Part shown: piece after piece, positions 1 through 12,147 of the stretch
Layout of the letters: each line of letters begins with the position of its first letter
Numbering within the stretch: position 1 is the first letter of the stretch
Program-made: the position numbers and the translations under genes
Assembly (NCBI GenBank): GCA_024679065.1
Contig: JAGIQG010000009.1
Span: 110,298,001-110,362,000 of the forward strand
DNA from: Sphyrna mokarran
Taxonomy: Eukaryota
Direction of reading: 5' to 3'
DNA length: 64,000 bases
Notes under the pieces: model-generated
Told to the model about the DNA's origin: nothing
What the model saw: only the letters and a program-made list of their open reading frames with translations
Database searches by the model: none

Positions 1-29
1 ATTGAGCACGCCAAACAGAACCTGGACAT
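1..29 (+). CDS. CRAT: Carnitine O-acetyltransferase-like, 3' end of an internal exon (truncated by window start)
   Basis: Encodes IEHAKQNLD(I), matching CRAT IEKAKQNLSI; donor AT|GTGAGT at 29/30; phase 2 matches the next exon. Confidence 0.8.
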
Positions 30-239
30 GTGAGTATTGCAGCTGCCAATTAGGAATATGTGTCATTTTTATGGGATTGGATGCAATTAATGCAAAATAA
101 AATTGAACTGTTTAGTGGCCATTACTCATAGATTCATTGAATTCATTGTTGGTTTATTTATATTATCTCTCTGTGATTTAATTTTGACTTTTGATCCTCT
201 CGAAATATGAATTCTGAGTGCCTATCCTGTTCAGTGGAG

Positions 240-880
240 TCAAACACTCGTTAGATCACAGCTAGAATACTGAGTGCAGTTGTGATCGCCACACTATAGG
301 GGGGATTTAAGTTTATTTATTATTGTCACAAATAGGCTTGCACAATGAAGTAAATCCCCTGTAAGAGATACAAAGATGTCCAGAGGGATAATTTTTCTGG
401 AACAAGCTGCCAGAGGTAGTAATAGAGGTGGGTATGATTTTATCTTTTAAAAAGCTTTTAGACAGTTACATGGATACGATGCGTATAGAGGGACATAGGC
501 CATATGCGAGCAATTGGGATTAGTTTCGGGGCTTTAAAAAATTAAGGGCAGCATGGACAAGCTGGGCCAAAGGGCCTATTTCCATGCTGTAAACCTCTAT
601 GACTCTTATGATTGAACTGGAGAGGGTACAGAGGAGATTCACCAGGATGCTATCTGGGCTGGAGCATTTGAACTAACAGGGAACCTGGTTAGGCTGGGGT
701 TACTTTCCTTATAGCAGACAAAACTGAGGGGGGGACCTGATCGAGATGTAAAAAAATTATGAAGAATACAGATAGGAAAGTACTTTTCCCCTTAGTAAAA
801 GGATCAATGATGAAGGGTTGCTTATTTAAGGTAATATGCAAAAGATTTAGAGGGAATTTGAGGAAAACTTTTTATCCAGA
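240..880 (+). mobile_element. Nested CR1-type LINE 3' fragments
   Basis: CR1 RT C-terminal remnants (ctagaatactg..gtgcagtt; agaggagattcaccaggatg; gggggacctgatcgagatgta) and a 3' tail (gggccaaagggcct..ctctatgactct). Confidence 0.65.
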
Positions 881-1039
881 AGATCTGGGTTTCTGAGTGT
901 GGTCCAGAAGACACTTTGTTAACCATTGCCCATGCGCAAAGTTGCCACATTAAACCAATTTCCATCTGTGTAGTTTTTTTCCTTACTGAAATGATGGAAA
1001 TAGTATGCATGTAAAGCATGGGTAAGAAATTCATAGAGT

Positions 1040-1375
1040 TCATTCATAGAATCTCTACAGTACAGAAGGAAGCTATTCATCTCATCGAGTCTGCACAGAA
1101 CATCTTACTCGGATTCTACCCTCCCCCTTCCCCATAATCTCTCCAAATTTACTCCAATAATCTCCTTAACCTTTACAAGTTGGGACACTAAAGGATGATT
1201 TAGAATGGCCAATTACCTAATCTGCATGTTTTTGGACTATGGGAGGAAATCAGAGCACCTGGAGGAACCCCACGCAGACACGGAGTGAACGTGTAAACTC
1301 CATACAGACAGTGACCCAAGGTCGGAATCAAACCCGGGTCCCTGGCGCTATGCTGCTCATCATGCTGCTCTGTTG
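1040..1375 (-). mobile_element. V-SINE (HE1-like)
   Basis: Reverse V-domain tttggactatgggaggaaatcagagcacctggaggaaccccacgcagacac. Confidence 0.75.
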
Positions 1376-1970
1376 CCCATAGTCAATTGAGATGTGTGCT
1401 GATTGCCCACAACATTGACTGTGGGAACTTTATGCTCTCTGTGTTCAAAGTGTAAATATTATCATTTGAAGCCGATGCTTGTTCTATTAATATATGTAAC
1501 TAAGCATTTCCTGTAACTCGTTATGAAATATTTGACATGTATTTAATCTTATGGGGAATGATTAATGAACAAGTCTGATTCCAACTTTGCGGCCCATGAA
1601 GATAAAGAGGGGCTTCTCGTGTGACCCATTCACAAGCCTACGTTGTCCATCATTGCTCTATAACACATTCCTGAATGCACCTAAGCCAAAAGGAGGAGAT
1701 TTCCTTTAACTGTCTAGTACTGTGAAATTATAATTGTGCTTGTAAAGTAACATGTTAATGATTTTGCCCTGCTCAAAGGAAATTGAATTCTTAGCGCATA
1801 TGTCCAGAATCCATTGATTAAATACTAAACTTGTTTGGGTGATTTTTTTTTTTATTGCCAGAGTATAAAGCTTAAAATATATCGCCATTTTTTTCACTGT
1901 CGCTGGGTCAAAATTCTGGAACTCCCTGCCTAACAGGGTACGTCTACACCCAGGGACTGGAACAGTGAGT

Positions 1971-2320
1971 GGCATGGTAGCACATGGTTAGCACTGCTGC
2001 TTCACAGCTCCAGGGTCCTGGGTTCGATTCCCGGCTTGGGTCATTGTCTGTGTGGAATTTGCACATTCTCCTCGTGCCTGTGTGGGTTTCCTCCGGGTGC
2101 TCCAGTTTCCACCCACAGTCCAAAGATGTGTGGGTTAGGTTGATTGGCCTTGCTAAGAAATTGTCCCTTAGTGTCCAGGGATATGTATGTTAGCGGGATT
2201 AGTGGGCATAATATACAGAGATATGGGGGTAAGGCCTGGGTGGGATTGTGTTCGATGCAGACACGATGGGCCGAAGGGCCTCTTTCTGCACTGTAGGGTT
2301 CTATGAAAATATTTTCTATG
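1971..2320 (+). mobile_element. V-SINE (HE1-like), full length, inserted in a LINE 3' end
   Basis: tRNA-like A box (tggttagcac) and B box (ggttcgattcc), V-domain (gggtttcctccgggtgctcc..cccacagtccaaagatgtg), CR1-like tail (..ttctatga). Confidence 0.85.
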
Positions 2321-3314
2321 AAAGTTCAAGAAGGCAGCTCATTGCCACCTTCTGGTGGGCAATTAGGGATGGGTAATAAATTCTAGCCTAGCCAATGATG
2401 CTCACATTGTGTAAATTAATCTTTAAAACCCAGAGAAACCATTACAAAAAAACCCATAAAATTTTGAGCACCATAAAAAACCCATAAAAAATTCAGCACC
2501 AATCACAGTTTTGAATGCTGGTTTAGAAAGCATTGCACGAGGATCCAACTTTAAAACTCACCATCGTCCCAGCCTGCTCACAGTTGGGAAGTTCTGCAAA
2601 CTGCATCCCATGTAAAAAATTAAGTTGTTTTTTAAGGTGGAAGGAAAAGAATAGATATATTAAACACATTTTGAATTAATTGCTTAGGCTGAGGTGCCAC
2701 TGGCAAGGTCAGATTTTAAAAAAATCATTCATGGGTGTAGATGTTGCTGGCAAGACCAGCATTCATTGTCCATGCCTAATTGTCCCTTGAGCCCATTACA
2801 ACCCCTGAGGTATAAGTACATCCACAGTACTGTTAGGGAGGGAACTCCAGGATTTTCATCCAGTGGCGTTGAAGGAACAGAGTGATTTATTTCCAAGTCA
2901 GGATGGTGAATGATTTGGATAGAGTCCTGGTAGTATTCCCAGGTCCTGTTAGTAGAGGTTGCTGATTTGGAAGATGCTCCCTCAGGAACCTTGGTGAGTT
3001 CCTGCAGTGCGTCTTGTAAATGGTTAAGTGGCTGTTACTACGTGTCAGTGGTGGGTGGGGTGCCAATCAAATAGGGTGCTTTGTTAGGGAGGGAATTCGA
3101 GAATTTTGACCCAGGAACAGTAAAGGAATGGCGAGTCGGGATGATGCATGGGAATGGAGGATAGAAATCACTCAAAAGGATTGCTGATGGGTTCTGATGT
3201 AAGGTTAACTTTTTATTTTACCATCTGAATCTTAATTTGAGTATAGCTGTTCATTAGAAAATGGTTGTAGAATTGTAAAGTACAGAATCAGCTGAAATTA
3301 TATCTCTGTTACAG

Positions 3315-3437
3315 TTTAGTTAATGACTTGGACATCAGCTGCTTCACCTATAGGAACTTTGGCAAAGACTTTTCCAAACTCCATGGAATGAGTCCAGACT
3401 GCTTTGTTCAGATGGCACTACAACTGGCCTACTTTAG
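3315..3437 (+). CDS. CRAT: Carnitine O-acetyltransferase-like, internal exon (123 bp)
   Basis: ttacag| ... |gtaagt; encodes LVNDLDISCFTYRNFGKDFSKLHGMSPDCFVQMALQLAYFR, the FGK..K...SPD..Q.ALQLAY motif of choline/carnitine acyltransferases. Confidence 0.92.
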
Positions 3438-3480
3438 GTAAGTACTCCATGGTGAAAGAAAATACTCAACCATTATTATC

Positions 3481-3800
3481 GAAGAATCTCTACACTGCAG
3501 AAAGAAGCCATTCAGCCCATCAAGTCTGCGCTGACCACAATCCCACCCAATCGCCATTTCTGTAATCCCACATATTACACTGCTAATCCTTCTGATACTA
3601 AGGGACAATTTAGCATGGCCAATCTATCTAACCTGCAGATCTTTGGAGTGTGGGATGAAATTGAAGCACCTGCAGGAAACCCATGCAGATACAGGGAGAA
3701 TGTGCAGACTCCACACAGGCAGTCAGCCAAGGCCAGAACTGAACCCTGGTTCCTGGCACTGTGAGGCAGCAGTGCTAACCACTGTGTCACCATGCTGCCC
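3481..3800 (-). mobile_element. V-SINE (HE1-like)
   Basis: Reverse complement of the 1971-2320 family. Confidence 0.8.
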
Positions 3801-4409
3801 TTGGAGTTTTTAAATTTAACCTTATGAAGCTGCAGCGAATTCACTTACTGTTTCGATGCACTCCAGATTCAAGGTTCATTCAAAGCTTATTGGAACTGGA
3901 TGATAATTAGGATTTGTACTAATCTCCTCATCTTGCTACCTTCCTGATAAACTGTGTTCGGGTTCTGGGATTAGAATTTTCCTATCCCGCTCGCCATGTA
4001 GCAGGTGGGTCATCACCCATGCAAAAGTCCACTGACCTTGGGTGGGATTTTCCAGTCTCAGAGTGAACGCAGCTGAAAATATCACCCTGAATCTGCTTTA
4101 AAATTACATTTGTTTGAAATTTTATTCAACATTTTCAGACCTTATGTGACTTTTTAGTCAACCGTTCATAGAAGCAGGTGAGACAAGTTTTCTGTTTAAT
4201 GTTTAAATCCACAATTTATAGATTACTTGAGAGTGAGAGCTGTGAATCCTGCACATACTAATTAAACTTAATGTGCGTAATGGTTCAAAACTTTCACTCT
4301 GTATTGCAGACCAAATGCAGTCAAATGATAACCTTGACTCTGTACCAACCAGCACAGCAGTTGCAACTGTGAGCAGTTGGAAAATCCTGATCTAAAAATG
4401 TCAAGGGGT

Positions 4410-4850
4410 AGAGTCAAAGAGGCTTACAGCATGGAAACAGGCCCTTCTGCCCAATTTTGTCCATGTCATCCCTTTTATCACTAAGCTAGTCTCAATTGCC
4501 CACGTTTGACCCATATCTTTCTTTACCCATCTTACATGTAACTGTCTAAATTCTTTTTAAAAGACAAAATTGTACCTGCCTCTGCTACTGCCTCTGGCAG
4601 TTCATTCCAGATACTCACCACCCTCTGTGTAAAAACAAAATTGCTCCTCTGCATCTTTTTGTATCTCTCCCCTCTCACCTTAAACCTGTGCTCACTAGTT
4701 TTAGATCCCCTACCTTTGGGAAAAGATAGGATATGGGAAGAGTGCGGGAGGAAGGTTTTGAGATAGAGATCAGCCATGATCAGATTTCATGGCAGAGTAG
4801 GTCCAATGGGCCGAATGGCCTACTTTTGCTCATATTTTCTATGTTTCTGC
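4410..4850 (-). mobile_element. CR1 LINE 3' end fragments
   Basis: ORF 4532-4777(-): ..HRFKVRGERY...FTQRVVSIWNELP. Confidence 0.75.
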
Positions 4851-5180
4851 AACCACGTGATTTTCCTCAGAGTCACATTTATGTGCATTGCACATCCAGT
4901 GTAGAGTAAGATTTCCTGCCTGCTAACATCAAATAGCTCTAATAGTTGAAACATCGAGGCTGTATGATTAAGTATCTGTACTTTGCTAGGATTGTTCTCA
5001 TGTTTCATTTCAAAATTGGATAGGGATTGTGTTCAGGCAAATATGGATTTTGTTTGAAAGTACAGATTGTGGTTTTATTTTCTGCAAGCAAGCCCCACAT
5101 CTATCTGGTACTAAGTTTAAAATGTTGGCCTTGCTTTGAAGCCTGGGTTTGTTAATCTACCCGGTTGGTTATTCAGACAT

Positions 5181-5296
5181 TGCAAAGGCCGAAAGCTTGC
5201 AAGTTTACTATCAAATAAATCAGTTAGATTTAAAATTGGTGTTGTCAGACCTCTTACTGAGTTTACCCCAGTCCAACGCCGGCACCTCTACATCAT
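5181..5296 (+). mobile_element. 5'-truncated Penelope-like terminal fragment (partial hammerhead core)
   Basis: Same terminus as the other copies (..actatcaaataaat..ccaacgccggcacctctacatcat); TSD (t)attcagacat at 5170-5180 and 5296-5306; begins inside hammerhead stem II (..aggcc GAAA gc UU). Confidence 0.85.
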
Positions 5297-5348
5297 ATTC
5301 AGACATCCCCATGATTCTCATGTTACACCTCTTTACTGCCACTTGTAG

Positions 5349-5484
5349 AATGTACAAGGAGCTGTGTGCTACGTGTGAGAGTGTTTCAATGAGAACTTTC
5401 CACTTGGGACGCACGGATGTAATCCGATCAGCATCTGCAGATTCCTTGGAGTTTGTGAAAACTATGGATGATCCAGAAAAGGAG
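5349..5484 (+). CDS. CRAT: Carnitine O-acetyltransferase-like, internal exon (136 bp)
   Basis: ttgtag| ... |gtactt; encodes MYKELCATCESVSMRTFHLGRTDVIRSASADSLEFVKTMDDPEKE (CRAT: CATYESASLRMFHLGRTDTIRSAS). Confidence 0.92.
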
Positions 5485-5759
5485 GTACTTTGTCTTTGGA
5501 ATTGTGCAGAAATGTCATTATGGTACGAGGATCAGTGAGTGAGATTCCTCAGTGAGTGTCAGGCAGACTTTACCTTTCAGCTGCAATCTCATTCCTCAGG
5601 GTGGAAAGTCAGGGCTCAAATAAAGTTAACAAATGTTTCTGAACCGTGTACGATGGTGCTGCCTAAACATTAATGGCACAGTTTTCTGCTGATATTTATT
5701 ACAGATTCACAGTTCACTTAGACAGTTCTGCAGTGGCTGTGGGAGTATATATGAATCGC

Positions 5760-6320
5760 TACACCCACTCATCCTGGTATTGACTCACTGGGGAACCTCA
5801 CTCACTGATCCTGGTACTGACACTCACTGGGGAGCCTCACTGATTGGTCCTGGTACTGGCACTCACTGGGGAGCCTCACTGATTGGTCCTGGTATTGACA
5901 CTCACTGGGAAACCTCACTCACTGATCCTGGTATTGACACTCATTGGGAAATCTCACTCACTGATCCTGGTACTGACTCACTGGAGAACCTCACTCACTG
6001 ATCCTGGTACTGACACTCACTGGGGAACCTCACTCACTGATCCTGGTACTGGCACTCACTGGGGAGCCTCACTGGTCCTGGTATTGACACTCACTGGGAA
6101 ACCTCACTCACTGATCCTGGTATTGACACTCATTGGGAAACCTCACTCACTGATCCTGGTACTGACTCACTGGAGAACCTCACTCACTGAACCCAATCCC
6201 CCACTGATCCTCATTGAGGAACCTCACTCACTGATCCCAATCCCACACTGACCTTCATTGAGGAACCTCACTCACTGATCCCAGTCCCACACTGACCCTA
6301 TTTGAAGGACCACACTCAAT
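5760..6320. repeat. 39-bp minisatellite in a CRAT-like intron
   Basis: Unit ~cactcactggggaacctcactcactgatcctggtactga, ~13-14 copies, degenerating at the 3' end. Confidence 0.92.
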
Positions 6321-6537
6321 CTTTGCAATGACACCGGCATTAAATAACAAATTGAGATATAAGGTTCAGTCAAATGGAGACAATGTAATCACACACAGTT
6401 CTGTCTGACAAGTGAAGTTAGAGAGGAAATTCCTTCTACTCCAACATGCAACAATACAAACTAATACTAACAGTTTTTTAACATTGTGCAGTTCACCTTG
6501 ATTAACTTTACGTTTTTCTTTCCATGTCTAATAACAG

Positions 6538-6600
6538 GTCAGTCAGAAAGTGGCAGCATTACACAAAGCTATTGATTGTCACAGTGCGTATACAGAAATG
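6538..6600 (+). CDS. CRAT: Carnitine O-acetyltransferase-like, internal exon (63 bp)
   Basis: aacag| ... |gtaagg; encodes VSQKVAALHKAIDCHSAYTEM (CRAT: EHQKVELLRKAVQAHRGYTDR); phase 0-0. Confidence 0.88.
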
Positions 6601-7406
6601 GTAAGGACATCTCTCTACCTAAACTCTTCAGTCTGTCTGCAGTGCACTTCTGCTTGCAGTTTGAACTTTCTGCCTGACAGTTAGTAGTCCACTTTTTGGG
6701 TGATGAGAGGAACTGTGGTCAATTCAGTTCACTTATTGGTCAGGGAAAGACTGTTTCTTCTACCAGCTTCTCCAGGCAGAATCAAGAGGGAAAAGGTTTG
6801 ATGAAAATACCAAGAGAAGGAAGTTAAGGCTCACTGAAAGTGGGTTACGGTATCAGAATGTCACAAGAGACAGAAAAAGGATAGGAGTACTAGATTTCTG
6901 AAATGTGATAAATCTGAGATGCAAAAGGATTATATGAATCTGCGGATGTGACAATGAAAGTCAATCAGGGAATGTAAGAAGAATGATAAGGGCAAAGCAG
7001 TGGCCATGGCTGTGTAATGAGGAAGGTGGAGGGAACTACTGATAATTCTGATATTTTAGTACATACAGTATTATAGTCACTAATCCCTTCTCCCACGATC
7101 ATTGAGATGTTAGGCTGTGCATAGCTGTAAGCAAGCCTCATTGGAGTAGGTGAGAATGCTACAAGAGGAATTAATTTTCAATGTTATTACAATATCACTC
7201 ATAGTTGATGAAAATAGTAATGCATGGTTTAACATGCTTCACAGCTTGTGTCTAGTTCTGCTATCTAATTAGAGTTATTATTAAACCTTGTATTATATGG
7301 GAAAACTGGATTGGATCACTGAAACAGTGAGTGCTCATTAATTATCTGTGCAATTTGAACTGTATGTTCATTTTTAAATAATACGCTCATTTGATTTTAC
7401 TCACAG

Positions 7407-7544
7407 GCACTTAAAGGAATGGCAATTGATAGGCATTTGCTGGGCATGAAGCTGCAGGCAATTGAAGAAGGTCTGAGTGTGCCAGAAATCTTCATGGACA
7501 CATCTTTTGCTGTAGCGACACACTGGAGGCTCTCGACAGGACAG
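7407..7544 (+). CDS. CRAT: Carnitine O-acetyltransferase-like, internal exon (138 bp)
   Basis: tcacag| ... |gtgtgg; encodes ALKGMAIDRHLLGMKLQAIEEGLSVPEIFMDTSFAVATHWRLSTGQ with the DRHL motif. Confidence 0.92.
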
Positions 7545-7584
7545 GTGTGGCAAAGATAGGAACAGCTTCACTGCTGCCATTTGC

Positions 7585-7945
7585 AGCAGTGGTGGCGTGG
7601 TGGTATTGTCACTGGACTCGCAATCCAGAGACCTAACCTAATGCCTGGGTTCGAACCCCACCATAGCAGCTGGCGAAATTTTGAATTCAGTAAAAGTCTC
7701 AAATTGAAAGTCTAATGATACCCACAAAACTATTATCAATTGTGGTAAAAACCCATCAGTTTCACTAATATTGTTTAGGAAGGAAGGAAATCTATCATCC
7801 TTACTTGGTCTAACCTACGTGTGACTCCAGATCCATTAGCAATGTGGTTGACTTGTAAATGCTAGCCAGTCAAATCAAGGGAAATCAGGGATGGGTAAGA
7901 AACGCTAGCCCCTGCGCACATCCCATGGATGAATTTTTAAAAAAA
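7585..7945 (+). mobile_element. tRNA-derived SINE of a second family (related copies ~11950-12130, ~12940-13110, ~14380-14840 on -, ~50035-50400 on +)
   Basis: Head gtggtattgtcactggact..gggttcgaacccc, conserved core (aaaacccatc..ttcactaat..ggaaggaaatct..gtgactccaga), LINE-like tail. Confidence 0.65.
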
Positions 7946-8425
7946 AGTCACCCCCAAATATTCTTTTTCTCATTTTTTTGAAGACGCCATGTCGACAATA
8001 GGACTTCTGAAATGCTCAGCAGTGGCAGTGCAAGGCCCTGCCTATGTAAATGCCTTAGCAAATTTGAGTTGGTATTTCTTACAGATTATTTTTATAGGAA
8101 AACAGATCCAATTTTAATTGAATAATAGATTTGAATGAGAATCATGCCTGAAAATGTAACTGTGTTTGAGCATCTTTGTGGGTTAAATGTTAATTAGCAG
8201 ATCACAATTTCTCCGTTTATTCCTACTATCTATTACCATAAGCAATATATTATCTTCAATCCCATGTCAACATAGCCTATATCCCATGCCAATTTATTAT
8301 CCTCAATCCCATTGCCCTAATTTCCCATGTGGAATAACATGTTATGTGGCACATTATTGAATATTTTTAAAATTTCAAATATACTATATCCATTAATCGT
8401 CTCTTATCCATCCCATGAAGTTACA

Positions 8426-8702
8426 GGGTGGAATAGTAATTAGCATTGCTGCCTCATAGCACCAAAGACTTGGGTTCAAATCCGGCCTGGGATAACTCCC
8501 TGTGCGGAGTCTGCACATTCGCCTCATGTCTGCGTGAGTTTCCTGTGGGTGCTTTGGTTTCCTCCCGTACTCCAAAGATGTGCGTGTTAGGTTTATTGGC
8601 CATGCTAAATTGCCCCATAGTGTCAAGGGGATTAGGAAGATGGGATTGTCAGTGCAGGCTCGATGGACAAATGGCGGTCTTCTGCACTGTAGGGATTCTA
8701 TA
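8426..8702 (+). mobile_element. V-SINE (HE1-like)
   Basis: A/B boxes, V-domain, tail ..cactgtagggattctat. Confidence 0.8.
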
Positions 8703-10368
8703 AAACTTCGTCACAGAATTCTCAAAACTTCTTATGATTTCTCTTTCATAAATCCTCTATCTAATCATATTATAATTTTCTAAGTTATATTATCAAGTCC
8801 TCAACATTTGATTCCAGCATTTTGGTCCTGATGTCCGATTAATTGGACAATAGTTCCCTTTTTTTCATTTGATCAATAGTGATGTTGATGGGTGGGGGTT
8901 TACAGCGATGATGACGCTGAATGTGAAGGGGAGGTGGTTAGATTCTCACTTGTTGGATATGCACTCACTCGAGCTGGCATTTGAAAAGAAAGTCCTACAT
9001 TTATATAGTACTTGTCACTCTGGTCAAAAATGTCTCGGTGTCTGAAGTAAATTACTTTGAACATAGTGGGCATTTAGTGCATGGTATGATCTCACAATAG
9101 GAATGAGATGAATGACCGACTAAGCTAATTTTAGTGGTGTTGATGAAAGATGGAATGTTAACCTGGGCATTGAGTAAATGAAGGTATTGCACATGAGTGT
9201 CTAGGACAGACTGGTGAGAGCTTGAATTGCCATCTTCTCTACAGGATGGCCTCACAGTCAGGCTATTACAATGCTGAGCAAATGTTGCACTGTCAGCCTG
9301 GATTATATTTGGTTCCGGGAATGTAGCTTGAATCCGTTACTTTTCAACTCTGACAAAGCCAAGCTCATACAAATCTCATTGGCTGGGTAAGATGGTACCT
9401 TGAAACAACTTTGGGCCAATGTGCTGTCAGGTTTAATGAGGAGAATTCAACATTGGTTGAGTTGTAGTTTGCAAGATATCAAAAGAATGAGTGTGCAGAG
9501 CTCAATGGACCAATGTATCTCACATCAATCACTCTTTGATTCTCTCATTGTCTTACTGAGCTTTGGGTGGTCTGATTCATTAAGCCACTACATTATCATT
9601 AATCTGGCAATGTCTGAGGTCATCCAGGATCAGACATATTGACCTTGCCTCCTTTTATTTTTTATTCATTTTCAGGACATATGCATCATGGGTAGACTAG
9701 CCTTTATTGTATATCCTTAAATTCCTATGAGAAAATGTTGGTGAGCTGTCTTCTTGAACTCCTGAAGTCCCTGAGGTGTAGATATACCCGAGTGCTGTTA
9801 GGGAGGGAGCTTCGGGATTTTAACCCAGCAACAGTGAAGGAAAGGCCGATATATTTCCTTGCCAGAATGGTAAGCAACTTGGAAGGGAACTTCCAGGTGG
9901 TGGCATTTGCATGCATCTGCTGCCTTTGTCCTTCTAGAAGGAGTGGTCATGGGTTTGGAAGGTGCTAGCTAAGTTACTTCATCTTGTAGATGGCACACAT
10001 GACTGCCACTTTACTTCGGAGGTAGAGGAACTGGATGTTTGTGGATGGGGTGCCAGTTAAGCGGGCTGCTTTGTTCTGGATGGCATCTGGAATGTTGTTA
10101 CAGCTCTCAGATAGAGAAATGGATGGATTGCTTCTGACATGTGCCCTGTAGATGGAGGACAGGCTTTGACAAGTCCTACTCTGTCACGGAATTGAGGAAA
10201 GCAATGAGGATGGTGTGGTAATAACAAAGTGTGGTTTCTGTTTGCTGTGACTGCAAACACAGAATATTGAGCCTGGTAGAAGTGGAGTTAAGTTCTGGTG
10301 CAGTGCCTGTGTTAACTGTTTTGATATTGGAAGATTGTCTTTAATGTTGATTCTCTTCTCCTGTGTAG

Positions 10369-10584
10369 GTGGCGGCCAGAACAGACTGTGTGATGTGCTT
10401 TGGTCCTATGGTGCCAGATGGATATGGGGTCTGGTACAATCCCCTGGAAGATCATGTCAATTTCTCGGTCTCTGCCTTCAACTGCTGTGAAGAGACTAAT
10501 GCAGAATGGTTTTCGAAATCTCTGGAGAGTGCTCTGTCAGACATGCAGAACCTAGTTTTACAGACATCAGGTCAAACTGAATAG
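10369..10584 (+). CDS. CRAT: Carnitine O-acetyltransferase-like, terminal coding exon
   Basis: Pyrimidine tract + tgtag|; encodes VAARTDCVMCFGPMVPDGYGVWYNP...LQTSGQTE* (FGP..PDGYG..YN motif); stop TAG 10582-10584. Confidence 0.93.
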   Translation: MAARTDCVMCFGPMVPDGYGVWYNPLEDHVNFSVSAFNCCEETNAEWFSKSLESALSDMQNLVLQTSGQTE

Positions 10585-11110
10585 CGAGATCCAACAGGAA
10601 AGGTTATTTTCTTGTCCAGGGTGCACAATACATCCTTTATTGGAAAGTCACCTTGAAAACTGTTTGGGTGAGGCAGATGACTGGTGATCCAGATGTCCCC
10701 AACAACAGAAGTGTTAATTGGTACTGAATGCTGGAGGCTGTTTAACAGCAAACTTTTGCTTCCTGTATTCAAAGGTCAAGATTTAATGTCCCTGTTCTTA
10801 AAATGTGTTTGAAATCCATATTGTCATCTATAGAAGAAGTACTGTGTGTGTTGAGTTTACAATGTTGCAATGAGGTGTGTTTATATGGATGTAAGAGATG
10901 GACTTCATTTATTATTTCTGTTAGACTCCCTTATGTAACATAATTGGTGATCGATGCATTAACTGATTTCTAAGTAGGTCAATATATATGTGCAATATCA
11001 GTCTGTTACAGCTTTGTTAAATCCAATGATTTTTCTTTTGACATCTTTGTACACATGTTTTTGCACCACACACTATTGCCTCACATATCCACTATCTAAA
11101 GATGTGATAC

Positions 11111-11116
11111 AATAAA
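11111..11116 (+). promoter_or_regulatory. Candidate polyadenylation signal of the CRAT-like gene
   Basis: AATAAA ~530 bp after the stop, followed by GT/T-rich sequence. Confidence 0.5.
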
Positions 11117-12147
11117 AGTCTAACCTAGCACTGTGTGCTCTCTTCTGAGATCTTCTCAGGTACTCACATCACATATAGTAGATAGTATATCCACTACCAG
11201 TCTTTTAGGCGATCTCTCATGTCACATTTTTCTTGCAGTAATGTTTCTGATTACTTTTTGTGTTGTGAATGCCCCTGTACTGGGGTCTGGATTGTAGCGC
11301 CATTATTTTAGAATTTGGCAAGACACGGAATTTCATCTTGGGAATCTGAATTAAATTTGAAGCTCAATCCCAAAGAAGGTGCTAAATATTTGCCATGCTT
11401 TAAAGTGGATTGTTACAGATACTTTACTCAGTGACACTGTTTGAATTTGAAATATATTTTTAATGCAAATATTCAGACACATTGCTGTGTTGGGGCATGT
11501 CAGCTCTTGCCAGTGTTAGGAACACTATGTCACAAAAAGTGATGAGATGCAAAACATTTGAAGTAAATAGTTCTTGCAACTGTGCTGTTTTCTCTCTCCA
11601 TATTTATTTGGTATCTTTAATGATTTTGGTGTTATTTACTGCAAATGTGAAATTGACAATAATGGGGGAAATTGACCTTGGCATCCTGTCATACAATTAT
11701 AAGCTTGCTCCATTTTGTAGGTATATCCTGAGGCTAAAGAGAAGGAATTTGCTTTTTTTAAAACTGCTGGCAACATATAGTTTGCTGCTTAGAAAGCCCA
11801 CACCTACATTTCACTCTAGTTTGCTATCTGGCCCTACTCTGTGCTCACATGAGACTTTATAGAAACCTATAGCACAAAAACTTCAACCCATTGAAACTCA
11901 TTAGCCTTTGAAGGAGCAGTCATACTTAGTCCCACACAAGGCTGCATTTTTAAAAAGAAAATTAATGGGATGTGGGCGTTGCAGACTGGGTAGCATTTAT
12001 TGCCCATCCCTAATTGCCCTTGAACTGTGTGGCTTACTAGACTATTTCAGGGAACAATTAAGTGTCGACCACAATATGGATCTGGAGTCATATGTTGGCC
12101 AGACCAGGTAAGGATGGCAGATTTCCTCCCGCAAAAGACAGGAGACT

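Noticed and set aside
1971-2045. tRNA gene-like A/B boxes (also at other SINE heads)
   Set aside because: They continue directly into SINE V-domains and LINE-derived tails; no complete cloverleaf.
5760-6320. CRISPR-like periodicity here and at 31905-32420 and 36375-39340
   Set aside because: Head-to-tail units without unique spacers, no cas genes, vertebrate context.
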